From Dehalococcoidia bacterium (GTDB taxonomy: Bacteria > Chloroflexota > Dehalococcoidia > SZUA-161 > SpSt-899): DNA of 51,156 bases. Every line of letters begins with the position of its first letter. The first letter of the stretch is position 1. Under the pieces are notes generated by a model. The model did no database searches. It was not told where the DNA came from and was given only the letters and a program-made list of their open reading frames with translations. A program made the position numbers and the translations under genes. Below are positions 32,238-39,434 of the stretch, piece after piece. The stretch lies in assembly GCA_023271215.1 (NCBI GenBank), contig JALPYG010000001.1, positions 1 to 51,156 on the forward strand, in the 5' to 3' direction.

Positions 32238-33536
32238 TTGGAACAACTGAATATCGAGGGCAAGCGTTCGGGTGACGGCTTCGTGGCGCATAAGGCTACA
32301 CTGGTAAACGCTCTATCAAGAGCGATAGCCGACAGGGTGATGTTAAATGATGTTACCCTAGGGCGCAAGGGGCTTCTCGGATACCTAAGAGCCCTAGGCG
32401 GTAGTAACATTGTCAAGGTTACCCCCGCCAACGGTAGTGCTAGCGGGTCGCAGACTATCTTTAATAAGGGGCTTAAGGTTGTCTGTGGGGCTAATACCAG
32501 TTACCTAGCCGACGGGGACTGGATAGGTGAGAAGACTCCGATAACATTCTGCCAAGTGAGGGTGTGCCCATCTAACTCAGTTATCCCCAACATCGGGGCT
32601 ACCGAGCTAGCGGAGGCGTTGAATCGGGTGATACCGTTTAGCGCTAAAGATGATACCCGTCCAGTCTTACAATGTGTCAAGCTCATCGCCGAAAATGGCA
32701 AGCTGGCCTTAGTTAGCACCGATGGCTTTCGCTTGGCAGTAGTCAACCTTGACTGTCACGATGCCCAAGGGCAAGCGCTAGTAAACGCCGATGACCTCAA
32801 GGGTATTGCAGGGGCGTTAAAGCGGGCGAAGCGGGCAAGGATTGAGCTTACCGATGAGGGGCTTACCATCGACACTGAGCTAATTCGCTATAAGTGGGCT
32901 AACTCCGATGGTAACTATCCCGACTTTGAAAAGCTCATTCCTGCTGAGGAAGATTTTACCTGCTTCACTAGCTTTGATTCTGTCGAAGCTATCAAGGCGG
33001 TTAGCTCTCTCAAGTCCTTAGCCGATGGCAAGGAATATGCCATTGATCTAGTGATAGGTGATGGTAAGTTAGTTATGGCTAATCCCGACGCTAAGGGGCA
33101 AGCTGAGCTAGCGGCTAACACCGAGGGGCAGGGCAGAATAAGGCTAAACGGCCTATACCTTGCGCAAGCCTTGCGGGCTTGTAGTGGTATGGTAGATTTT
33201 AAGCTGTCAAGCCCAACTGCTCCAATGCTTTTTAGCGTTGATGGTTACCAGTTGGCAGTTATGCCAATGCAGATTCCGCCAGAAGCTGAAGCTAAAGAGG
33301 CAGAGGAAACAAAGGCAGAGACAAAGCCCACCGAAGCGGTAGCTGAAGCGGTAGCTGAAGCCGAAGCGGTAACGGGGCAAGCCGACCAAGAAGCCGAAAC
33401 GGTAGCGGAGCAAGCCGACCAGGGCGACCAGGTAGCCGAAGCGGTAGCCGAAGCCGAGGCGGTAGCCGAGCAAGCCGACCATGAAGCCAAGCCGAAGCGC
33501 AAGCGGAAAGACAGGGAAGCCGTAGCCGTAGCCTAA
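32238..33536 (+). CDS. DnaN-like sliding clamp (domains II-III recognisable) with unrelated N-terminus and ~100-aa Glu/Ala-rich tail
   Basis: TTG start follows AGAGGGGGG. VSTDGFRLAV, GNYPDFEKLIP, RLNGLYLAQALRA and QLAVMPMQ are colinear with E. coli beta ATDGHRLA, GRFPDYRRVLP, IGFNVSYVLDVL and YVVMPMRL. Confidence 0.7.
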   Translation: MEQLNIEGKRSGDGFVAHKATLVNALSRAIADRVMLNDVTLGRKGLLGYLRALGGSNIVKVTPANGSASGSQTIFNKGLKVVCGANTSYLADGDWIGEKTPITFCQVRVCPSNSVIPNIGATELAEALNRVIPFSAKDDTRPVLQCVKLIAENGKLALVSTDGFRLAVVNLDCHDAQGQALVNADDLKGIAGALKRAKRARIELTDEGLTIDTELIRYKWANSDGNYPDFEKLIPAEEDFTCFTSFDSVEAIKAVSSLKSLADGKEYAIDLVIGDGKLVMANPDAKGQAELAANTEGQGRIRLNGLYLAQALRACSGMVDFKLSSPTAPMLFSVDGYQLAVMPMQIPPEAEAKEAEETKAETKPTEAVAEAVAEAEAVTGQADQEAETVAEQADQGDQVAEAVAEAEAVAEQADHEAKPKRKRKDREAVAVA

Positions 33537-33565
33537 GAACGCTTGAACTCACAAAACAAAAAGCC

Positions 33566-33617
33566 ACGCACAAAGGGGAGTCTTTGCGAGGGGACTCCCT
33601 TTTTGTGCGTTTTTTTG
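33566..33617 (+). terminator. intrinsic terminator
   Basis: ACGCACAAAGGGGAGTC...GACTCCCTTTTTGTGCGT followed by T7. Confidence 0.75.
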
Positions 33618-33840
33618 TAAAGAGGGGTATTCGTTCCCCAGCGTGGGAGCGGATACCCCTTTCTTTGTCTCCGCCCAGAGTTGGGCAAACCGGGCAAGGC
33701 AATAGGGGTGGCCGCCCCCAGAACTCGCCCAGAATCGGATTCTGGAGCTTCAGTTATTGTCCCGTATGCCCAGCCCGAAGCTGGGGAAGGGGAGGTCTGC
33801 CCAAATCTAAAGGGAAATAACCATAAAAGGCTAATCAATC

Positions 33841-33888
33841 CAGCCCGACCCTGGGCAGTCAGGAAGGGGGAAATCCGCCTGGAAAGGA
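33841..33888 (+). promoter_or_regulatory. leader cassette class A, copy 1 (diverged)
   Basis: CAGCCCGACCCTGGGCAGTCAGGAAGGGGGAAATCCGCCTGGAAAGGA ends 8 nt before ATG 33896. A half-copy sits at 33771-33808. Confidence 0.6.
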
Positions 33889-33895
33889 ACAGAAA

Positions 33896-34087
33896 ATGGA
33901 ATCAAAGGGTTATCCATGGCCGGCGTCAGCGCTTACGGCGCTTGAGATGAGGATCCTCTTTGACCTCAAAGAAGAGACTGGGATCCCGATAACCAGGCTC
34001 CTCTGTGAAGCGGTGCTAGAACTAAAGACGTACGATCAGGAATACATCGACAGATTGAACAACAAAAGAAAAGCAAGTGAGGGATAG
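33896..34087 (+). CDS. small protein, possibly RHH/HTH DNA-binding
   Basis: Preceded by leader cassette copy 1. Segment LEMRILFDLKEETGIPITRLLCEAVLEL. Confidence 0.5.
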   Translation: MESKGYPWPASALTALEMRILFDLKEETGIPITRLLCEAVLELKTYDQEYIDRLNNKRKASEG

Positions 34088-34136
34088 CCCGACCTTGGGC
34101 AAGATGGGAAAGGGAAGGTCTGCGAAAAACAAGGGG
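34086..34136 (+). promoter_or_regulatory. leader cassette class A, copy 2
   Basis: AGCCCGACCTTGGGCAAGATGGGAAAGGGAAGGTCTGCGAAAAACAAGGGG lies upstream of ATG 34145. Confidence 0.6.
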
Positions 34137-34144
34137 TAAAGCAA

Positions 34145-34315
34145 ATGGATAAAAGGCAAACCAGGCGATGGCTTAAAGCCCTAGAGATTGCAGAGAATCT
34201 CTTTGAGGATGAAGGTTACTCCAGCAACTACCTAGAGGAGATTAAGGACTTCATTCTCACAAGCAGGGAAGGTCTATCCGAACCTGAAGGGAAAGGAGAT
34301 GCCCATGCCAGCTAA
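34145..34315 (+). CDS. small hypothetical protein (56 aa)
   Basis: Below the track cut-off. Follows cassette copy 2. The next ORF overlaps its end. Confidence 0.45.
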   Translation: MDKRQTRRWLKALEIAENLFEDEGYSSNYLEEIKDFILTSREGLSEPEGKGDAHAS

Positions 34316-34478
34316 AGACTTGACTGGCAAGACAGTCTATGAGTTAGACTCCGAGGACTTTGAAAAGCTCTTTTGCAGGGGATGTAAAGAGAACGGCGGC
34401 TGTCCCAAAGACCCCAGGACAATGAGCGTGTGTCAAGTCATGATTGACAGCGGGATATGGTATCAAGTCAACCGATAA
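34305..34478 (+). CDS. small Cys-rich protein (57 aa)
   Basis: AAAGGAG lies 6 nt upstream of ATG 34305. Motif FCRGCKENGGCPKD...VCQV. Confidence 0.45.
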   Translation: MPAKDLTGKTVYELDSEDFEKLFCRGCKENGGCPKDPRTMSVCQVMIDSGIWYQVNR

Positions 34479-34494
34479 ATCAGAAGAAGCAATA

Positions 34495-34544
34495 AGCCCG
34501 ACCCTGGGCAAGTCGGGAGGGGGAAAGTTTGCCCGGAAAGGAGG
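34495..34544 (+). promoter_or_regulatory. leader cassette class A, copy 3
   Basis: AGCCCGACCCTGGGCAAGTCGGGAGGGGGAAAGTTTGCCCGGAAAGGAGG lies 9 nt before ATG 34554. Confidence 0.65.
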
Positions 34545-34553
34545 TGATTTGAA

Positions 34554-34829
34554 ATGGGACTCGATATCTCAACCTTCACCACATCGCCCATTGAAGAGCC
34601 GGAATCCCTGGCAGCCTATGAGTTCGCTCAAGCTCTGGCAGGGGAATGCTCTTGTATCGGTGAAGGTATGGCCTTCGGGTGGTTTACCAGAATAGAGGTT
34701 ATGTGGGTGTTAGATGCCCACACTATATCGAAACGTCTGATCCGCGAGGAGAGGGTTCAAATCCAGGACTGGATAAACAGCCTTCCCTGGGATGAGCATG
34801 ACTGCATTCGGCTTTACTTCAACTGGTAA
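34554..34829 (+). CDS. small hypothetical protein
   Basis: Follows cassette copy 3. Confidence 0.55.
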   Translation: MGLDISTFTTSPIEEPESLAAYEFAQALAGECSCIGEGMAFGWFTRIEVMWVLDAHTISKRLIREERVQIQDWINSLPWDEHDCIRLYFNW

Positions 34830-34847
34830 GCGCTAAACATAAGGGAT

Positions 34848-34896
34848 AGCCCGACCCTGGGCAAGTCGGGAACGGGAAGGTCTGCCCGGAAAGGAG
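34848..34896 (+). promoter_or_regulatory. leader cassette class A, copy 4
   Basis: AGCCCGACCCTGGGCAAGTCGGGAACGGGAAGGTCTGCCCGGAAAGGAG lies 6 nt before ATG 34903. Confidence 0.65.
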
Positions 34897-34902
34897 ATAA
34901 AA

Positions 34903-35157
34903 ATGGACGCTAGATTGAGGCAGGAGATTGAGGAGTTATTAGCCAAAGCTACCTTACGAGAATTCTGCACCGACCTGCAGCCCTACTTTAACCGGATTAT
35001 GCCTCTCAATGATGAGGCAGAGGATGCCTTGACCGCTATCTTTCGGGGTTACCTGGCATCATCCTCATCACCCGTCAGGGCAATGTGGAAAGCCTTTATT
35101 GTAGGACAGGCCTGGCAAAGGGTAGTGGATGAAGCTGAGCTGGCAAGCAGGGAGTAG
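34903..35157 (+). CDS. small hypothetical protein
   Basis: Follows cassette copy 4. Confidence 0.55.
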   Translation: MDARLRQEIEELLAKATLREFCTDLQPYFNRIMPLNDEAEDALTAIFRGYLASSSSPVRAMWKAFIVGQAWQRVVDEAELASRE

Positions 35158-35232
35158 AGAGATTAGCGCAAGGAAGGGGCGGGATCGGTAGGGGAACTGC
35201 CCTAAAAATCAAGACAGAAAGGAGGTGAAACC

Positions 35233-35550
35233 ATGCCTATCAGATGGAGTGCCCTCAAGGTGAGTGAGGCTATGGATAGGGTGGAACACCAGATCAACCT
35301 GGCCGAGGTGTTTCTTCCCGAGGCCAGGTCAATAGCAAGCCAGGTCAGGCAAGTCGACAACCTGCCGGGCTACCTGGATGACCGCCTTCGCCGGCTGATC
35401 TATGCGATTGAGCGGCTAGACGAGGTTAAGGCGTCCATAGAAGCCATCCGCAAGGCTATCCCCGACGGAGCGATAGAGGCGGAGCGAAAGCGTCTACGGC
35501 GTGGCAGCCAGCAATCGCTGATCCCTGGACCTGACCAGGGACAGGTCTAA
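35233..35550 (+). CDS. small hypothetical protein, paralogue of 38009..38329
   Basis: The N-terminal MPIRWSALKVSEAMD and C-terminal IEA(I/V)RKAIPDGAIEAERKRLR.GSQQSLI are shared. It also shares the leader GGGGAACT.C.C(C/T)(A/T)AAAATCAAGACAGAAAGGAGGTGAAA. Confidence 0.6.
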   Translation: MPIRWSALKVSEAMDRVEHQINLAEVFLPEARSIASQVRQVDNLPGYLDDRLRRLIYAIERLDEVKASIEAIRKAIPDGAIEAERKRLRRGSQQSLIPGPDQGQV

Positions 35551-35553
35551 GAG

Positions 35554-35602
35554 TTGCTTGGTTTGAAAGGATAGGTCTGCCCAAAATCTGAGAGAAAGGG
35601 GG
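35554..35602 (+). promoter_or_regulatory. leader cassette class B, copy 1
   Basis: TTGCTTGGTTTGAAAGGATAGGTCTGCCCAAAATCTGAGAGAAAGGGGG lies upstream of GTG 35611. Confidence 0.6.
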
Positions 35603-35610
35603 TGATAGAA

Positions 35611-36081
35611 GTGACAAGCCAGTTGAGCCTGTTTGAAGAGGTTGAGGTGATGGGAGAGGTTGAGAAGCCGACGCCGGTAAGGGCGGGGAACCGAGTTGTT
35701 GAAATCCCCCTCCGCAAGAGGCGCAGGGAGGCTCTAAAGAAGCTGGTGGAGCTACTCCGTCAGCTTGAGGGGAAGGACATCTACATCGGTGCCCACTTTG
35801 GCCCACAGAACCACTTCTGGGTAAGGAATCTGAAGTTGGGGCGGTTAAGGGTAGGGAATCTATTGAGTAATGATGGCCTGCCGTCCGTCGTAGTCCTCTG
35901 GGGTAACCGAGAGGGGAGCATCCGGATATTCACCGACCAGGTGGTCAATCTCCGGCAGCAGGAATACCAGGGTTACACTCAGTGGCTGCTCGACTTCTGG
36001 AATGGATTCGGTGCGTATCCCATTGATCCTTACCGACCCAGAGGCTATGTAAGCCTGGAGATTGTCAGGTTTAAGGACTAA
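35611..36081 (+). CDS. hypothetical protein
   Basis: GTG 35611 is better spaced from AAAGGGGG than GTG 35602. Confidence 0.5.
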   Translation: MTSQLSLFEEVEVMGEVEKPTPVRAGNRVVEIPLRKRRREALKKLVELLRQLEGKDIYIGAHFGPQNHFWVRNLKLGRLRVGNLLSNDGLPSVVVLWGNREGSIRIFTDQVVNLRQQEYQGYTQWLLDFWNGFGAYPIDPYRPRGYVSLEIVRFKD

Positions 36082-36104
36082 CCAAAGTCTGACCTTCAGA
36101 GTTA

Positions 36105-36206
36105 AGCCCGGCCTTGGGCAAGCTGGGAAAGGGAAAATCTGCCCGGAAGGAGAAGGCCGAGGAATTTTGAAGGGGTAACTCTGCCCAAAATCTGAAAGAA
36201 AGGAGG
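36105..36206 (+). promoter_or_regulatory. leader cassette class A copy 5 immediately followed by class B copy 2
   Basis: AGCCCGGCCTTGGGCAAGCTGGGAAAGGGAAAATCTGCCCGGAAGGAG, then TTTTGAAGGGGTAACTCTGCCCAAAATCTGAAAGAAAGGAGG. Two TATAAT hexamers follow at 36214-36228. Confidence 0.6.
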
Positions 36207-36244
36207 TCAACAAAGGATATAATGATATAATGAAAGGAGGAGAG

Positions 36245-36439
36245 ATGAGTATAAATCTAGAAGATAAGTTGAATGAGGCTGAGCGTAAAGCTCACGATGC
36301 GCTCAGCCGCTACAAGTTCATAATGTTTGGGTATTGGGCGAGTATATGGACGCATCTCAACGACGTTGGAGAGTTCAAAAGGCCAAATCCCTTCCGGGGG
36401 TATATCGCCTTGGCTCGACAATTAAAGGAGGAGAAATGA
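36245..36439 (+). CDS. small hypothetical protein
   Basis: ATG 36245 follows AAAGGAGG. The ATG 36230 alternative lies inside that SD. Confidence 0.5.
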   Translation: MSINLEDKLNEAERKAHDALSRYKFIMFGYWASIWTHLNDVGEFKRPNPFRGYIALARQLKEEK

Positions 36440-36565
36440 TGTAAAGAAGAACTAGCAGAGACCAAAAAAACAAGAAAGAGGAAGGAGGAGAGATGACAGT
36501 GTAAAAGAATTAGCCAAAGGCCAATCAAGAGGCCAATCAAGCAAAAAGAGAAAGGAGGAAGAGAA

Positions 36566-36874
36566 ATGAAAACCAAGAGAACTAAACTAACCAAGCAAAT
36601 GTACCTCGATGCTTTGGCGCGCGATGACGAAACTCTCGCCCTCATACGGCGCAATCGCCCCGAGGGGGAGGGGATGCTCGATACTCCTGAAAAGCGTGCC
36701 TGCTTCCGCGTGGGCTTTGACGCTGGACCAGGAGCCCAGACCGGGCGCTTCAGCCATCCTGACACGGAGAAGGAGCGCTTTCACGGGTGGCGGGCCCTCC
36801 ATCCCAAGAAGGCGACCCCGAATGACGCCTTCTACGCTCAGCTGGGAGCGAATCTGGCTGAAGCGTGGGAATAG
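36566..36874 (+). CDS. small hypothetical protein
   Basis: GAAAGGAGG SD. The overlapping ORF 36609..36962 is judged spurious. Confidence 0.5.
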   Translation: MKTKRTKLTKQMYLDALARDDETLALIRRNRPEGEGMLDTPEKRACFRVGFDAGPGAQTGRFSHPDTEKERFHGWRALHPKKATPNDAFYAQLGANLAEAWE

Positions 36875-37022
36875 AGTGGGGAATTGGGGGCCGAGCGGTT
36901 CAAATCCGCCGGCCCGAGAAGCGCATGATGGGGCTATAGGGGAATCAAATGGGGCTGGTTAACCGGTACTCACGGCCTCATAAGCCGGTTAGGGGCCTCC
37001 GGGTGAACAAAAGGCGCCAGCC

Positions 37023-37070
37023 AGCCCGACCCTGGGCAAGTCGGGAAGGGGGAAGTCTGCCCGAAAGGAG
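37023..37070 (+). promoter_or_regulatory. leader cassette class A, copy 6 (drives a 5-codon uORF)
   Basis: AGCCCGACCCTGGGCAAGTCGGGAAGGGGGAAGTCTGCCCGAAAGGAGG is followed by ATG AGA ACA AGG GAC TAG at 37076-37093. Confidence 0.6.
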
Positions 37071-37131
37071 GTGAGATGAGAACAAGGGACTAGTCAGAGA
37101 CCAAGAGCAACAAAAAGGAAAAGGAGGAGAG

Positions 37132-37578
37132 ATGTATAAAAACACATTCGATCAACTAATCGAGACAGGACAAGAGCTGAGCGAAAAACAGGCGCAAGCG
37201 AGGGAAAGCTATGATGAGTTAATGAAGAAACTGAACGAGCGTTTGAAAAGCATCACTGTAGAGGGTCCGACTCTGTACTACACAGTTCACGAGTGGGACG
37301 AACGAATATATGGCGGCACGCTCAAACACCGTAAGGCCCAACTTGCCCTCCATTTCTGGGAAGAGGGTGCTTATCTGGAGCTCGAGGAGATGTGGGAAGA
37401 TGAATGTTACCAGTGGCAAACTGACACCCTGATCCACCCCTCTCTTGAGGTTATGCTATCAGTCAGCGAAAACCTTGACAAGGCACTAGACTACTTTTTA
37501 GAAAAGATGCAGCAGTGGGGCACCGATCACGACCAAGCTATTGCGGTGCTGGCTGAGCTGGCTGCGAAACTACAGTAG
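37132..37578 (+). CDS. hypothetical protein
   Basis: AAAAGGAGGAGAG SD; helical, acidic composition. Confidence 0.55.
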   Translation: MYKNTFDQLIETGQELSEKQAQARESYDELMKKLNERLKSITVEGPTLYYTVHEWDERIYGGTLKHRKAQLALHFWEEGAYLELEEMWEDECYQWQTDTLIHPSLEVMLSVSENLDKALDYFLEKMQQWGTDHDQAIAVLAELAAKLQ

Positions 37579-37692
37579 ACCCGATGCCCACCGGTTAGGG
37601 GCCTCCGGACAAAAGGCCCCGAAAGGAGTAGAGATGGAAGCACGGGATTAACCAGAAACCAGAAGCAAGAACAACAAGAGGAGAATCTAGAA

Positions 37693-37920
37693 ATGAAAAC
37701 CAAATTCAAGCGGTATACATACCACTGCCCAGAGTTGCTTCCTGTGGAGAACACAGAGGAGTGGATCGAGGCTGAGGTGTACCAAGCAGCGGGTTTCGAC
37801 CCTAAAGACGAAGAGGTTTGGGTAGGCCGACTGATCTCCGACTGGGAAGGGCACCCAAAAGGGGCACTTGTCCTAAGTGGGTTAACCAGTAGTGGCCACC
37901 CCTTTGCGGTAGAGTGCTGA
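37693..37920 (+). CDS. small hypothetical protein
   Basis: AGAGGAG SD, preceded by uORF 37634-37651. Confidence 0.5.
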   Translation: MKTKFKRYTYHCPELLPVENTEEWIEAEVYQAAGFDPKDEEVWVGRLISDWEGHPKGALVLSGLTSSGHPFAVEC

Positions 37921-38008
37921 TTGTATACCGGTTTCGGGGTCTCCGGCCAAAAGGCCCCACCTAAAAGGGGAACTACACCCAAAATCAAGACAGAAAGGAG
38001 GTGAAATC

Positions 38009-38329
38009 ATGCCTATCAGATGGAGTGCCCTCAAGGTAAGTGAGGCTATGGACCAAGCAGAACATCAGGTTAACCTAGCCAAGGTGTTTCTTGCTGAGGC
38101 CAAGTCAATAGCAAAGAAGGCTAAGGGCATAGACAACCTTCCCGGATATATTGACCACGAGCTGAGTCGATTCATCTGGGAACTGGAGGGGGCAATCGGA
38201 GGTGGTTCAGCCGAGCCAGTAGGACGACTGAAGGCAACCATAGAAGCCGTTCGCAAGGCTATCCCCGACGGAGCGATAGAGGCGGAGCGAAAACGTCTAC
38301 GGCATGGCAGTCAGCAATCGCTGATTTAA
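38009..38329 (+). CDS. small hypothetical protein, paralogue of 35233..35550
   Basis: See 35233..35550. The central third is divergent. Confidence 0.6.
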   Translation: MPIRWSALKVSEAMDQAEHQVNLAKVFLAEAKSIAKKAKGIDNLPGYIDHELSRFIWELEGAIGGGSAEPVGRLKATIEAVRKAIPDGAIEAERKRLRHGSQQSLI

Positions 38330-38338
38330 GAATCGCTC

Positions 38339-38383
38339 GGTTCCAACGGATAGCTCTGCCCAAAATCTGAGAGAAAGGAGAGG
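38339..38383 (+). promoter_or_regulatory. leader cassette class B, copy 3
   Basis: GGTTCCAACGGATAGCTCTGCCCAAAATCTGAGAGAAAGGAGAGG lies upstream of ATG 38387. Confidence 0.6.
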
Positions 38384-38386
38384 AAC

Positions 38387-38857
38387 ATGACAAGTATCTT
38401 TTTCATCGGGCACAATGGGGAACGAGTTGTGGATTCCATGACGACGCTCAAACAGATAGAGGAAGTCAAAAAACTGGAATGCACAATGGAACATGAGGGT
38501 GAGCGAATCAGATGGGATATGCTTGATGACCCTACAGAACCTCGATCGCTGTTTCAAGCTATTGTAGCTGATCGCAGGTTGCGAGTCGATCAGAACACGC
38601 TGATGGCTGATCGGCCACCAATCGCCGTTGTGACTGCTGTCGCTGGCAAAGCAGTGCGCATGGAGTTCTATGAAGGCCACGATGCGCTTCGCCTGACCCA
38701 CGATTTGCGCACCAAGGAGTTGCAGGGAAAGCCAGTGCCTCGCTGGCTGACATCTGACCCGCAAGCTTATAACCCATACCGGTTCCTGCAATCAATTGGG
38801 TTCCCTGTACCTGATGAGTTGATTGAAGCTAAGGATAATGAGCAGAAAACAACTTGA
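38387..38857 (+). CDS. hypothetical protein
   Basis: Follows class B copy 3. Confidence 0.55.
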   Translation: MTSIFFIGHNGERVVDSMTTLKQIEEVKKLECTMEHEGERIRWDMLDDPTEPRSLFQAIVADRRLRVDQNTLMADRPPIAVVTAVAGKAVRMEFYEGHDALRLTHDLRTKELQGKPVPRWLTSDPQAYNPYRFLQSIGFPVPDELIEAKDNEQKTT

Positions 38858-38866
38858 GACATGACA

Positions 38867-38917
38867 GCTTGCCTAGTTTGAAAGGATAGGTCTGCCCAAA
38901 ATCTCAAGTAAAGGAGG
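38867..38917 (+). promoter_or_regulatory. leader cassette class B, copy 4
   Basis: GCTTGCCTAGTTTGAAAGGATAGGTCTGCCCAAAATCTCAAGTAAAGGAGG lies upstream of TTG 38925. It is nearly identical to copy 1. Confidence 0.6.
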
Positions 38918-38924
38918 TCAACAA

Positions 38925-39413
38925 TTGAATACAACCAAGACAATCGAGAAAGGCATCTCCGAGTTAGTGGGTGTCTTCACTGATCCTATCATTGCGTATC
39001 CCAGCCCATGGAGGGAAGATATCCCCCAGTGGATCAAGGATCAAATAAAGATGGAACGCCTCGTGATGAACATGAAGGTTCTCAGGGGAGAACAGCCAAC
39101 CGGGACCGATGCCGAAGCCCTGGCCTACCTTATCCCGGCCAGCCTCGAGCACCCGATCGGTAGAGACTGGACGGATATCTACATGTATCTGGTTACCACA
39201 GTATCTATCAGGGCTGGTAAAGAGCTACCGGAGAATATCCGAGTGGAGACCCTCAGCGAATACCTCATGCGAAAGCTCAATCACCTCAAGTCCTGGCTGT
39301 ATCAGCAGCGAGTGAAGGCAAGGCTGGAGCGAGAGCGAGGCGAGAGGCGAAAAATGAAAGAGGAAGAGATAGCGCGGAAAAGGACAGAACAGTTGGCGCT
39401 ATTCGAGTTCTAG
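38925..39413 (+). CDS. hypothetical protein with basic/acidic coiled C-terminus (last gene of the element)
   Basis: TTG start follows AAAGGAGG. A strong terminator follows the gene. Confidence 0.55.
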   Translation: MNTTKTIEKGISELVGVFTDPIIAYPSPWREDIPQWIKDQIKMERLVMNMKVLRGEQPTGTDAEALAYLIPASLEHPIGRDWTDIYMYLVTTVSIRAGKELPENIRVETLSEYLMRKLNHLKSWLYQQRVKARLERERGERRKMKEEEIARKRTEQLALFEF

Positions 39414-39434
39414 TTTGCCAAACTTGGGGAATCA

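Noticed and set aside
33207-33838. Minus-strand and alternative-frame ORFs over the Glu/Ala repeat and the leader region (33207..33482, 33245..33502, 33292..33702, 33533..33838, 33584..33820, 33681..33950)
   Set aside because: They arise from hexamer-periodic low-complexity DNA and from the non-coding leader. They cross a strong terminator (33566-33617) and lack SDs.
34444-34695. 83-aa plus-strand ORF
   Set aside because: It spans a leader cassette and overlaps two better-supported ORFs (34305..34478 and 34554..34829) that have proper SD spacing.
36895-36930. tRNA gene or tRNA fragment suggested by GGTTCAAATCC (also CGTTCAAATCC near 7296 and GGTTCAACTCC at 39444)
   Set aside because: No acceptor, D or anticodon arms can be built upstream. 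36898-36926 and 39435-39463 are simple long hairpins with T-loop-like loops (the latter is a terminator). The 7.3-kb site does not even form the T stem. The resemblance to an acceptor/T-arm minihelix is noted, but on this evidence it does not support a tRNA or att call.
33771-38917. Possible CRISPR array, because a ~48-bp unit with a hairpin is repeated in one orientation
   Set aside because: The intervals between units are 300-900 bp and of unequal length. They contain SD-led protein-coding ORFs. The repeats are degenerate and abut start codons. None of this is CRISPR-like.
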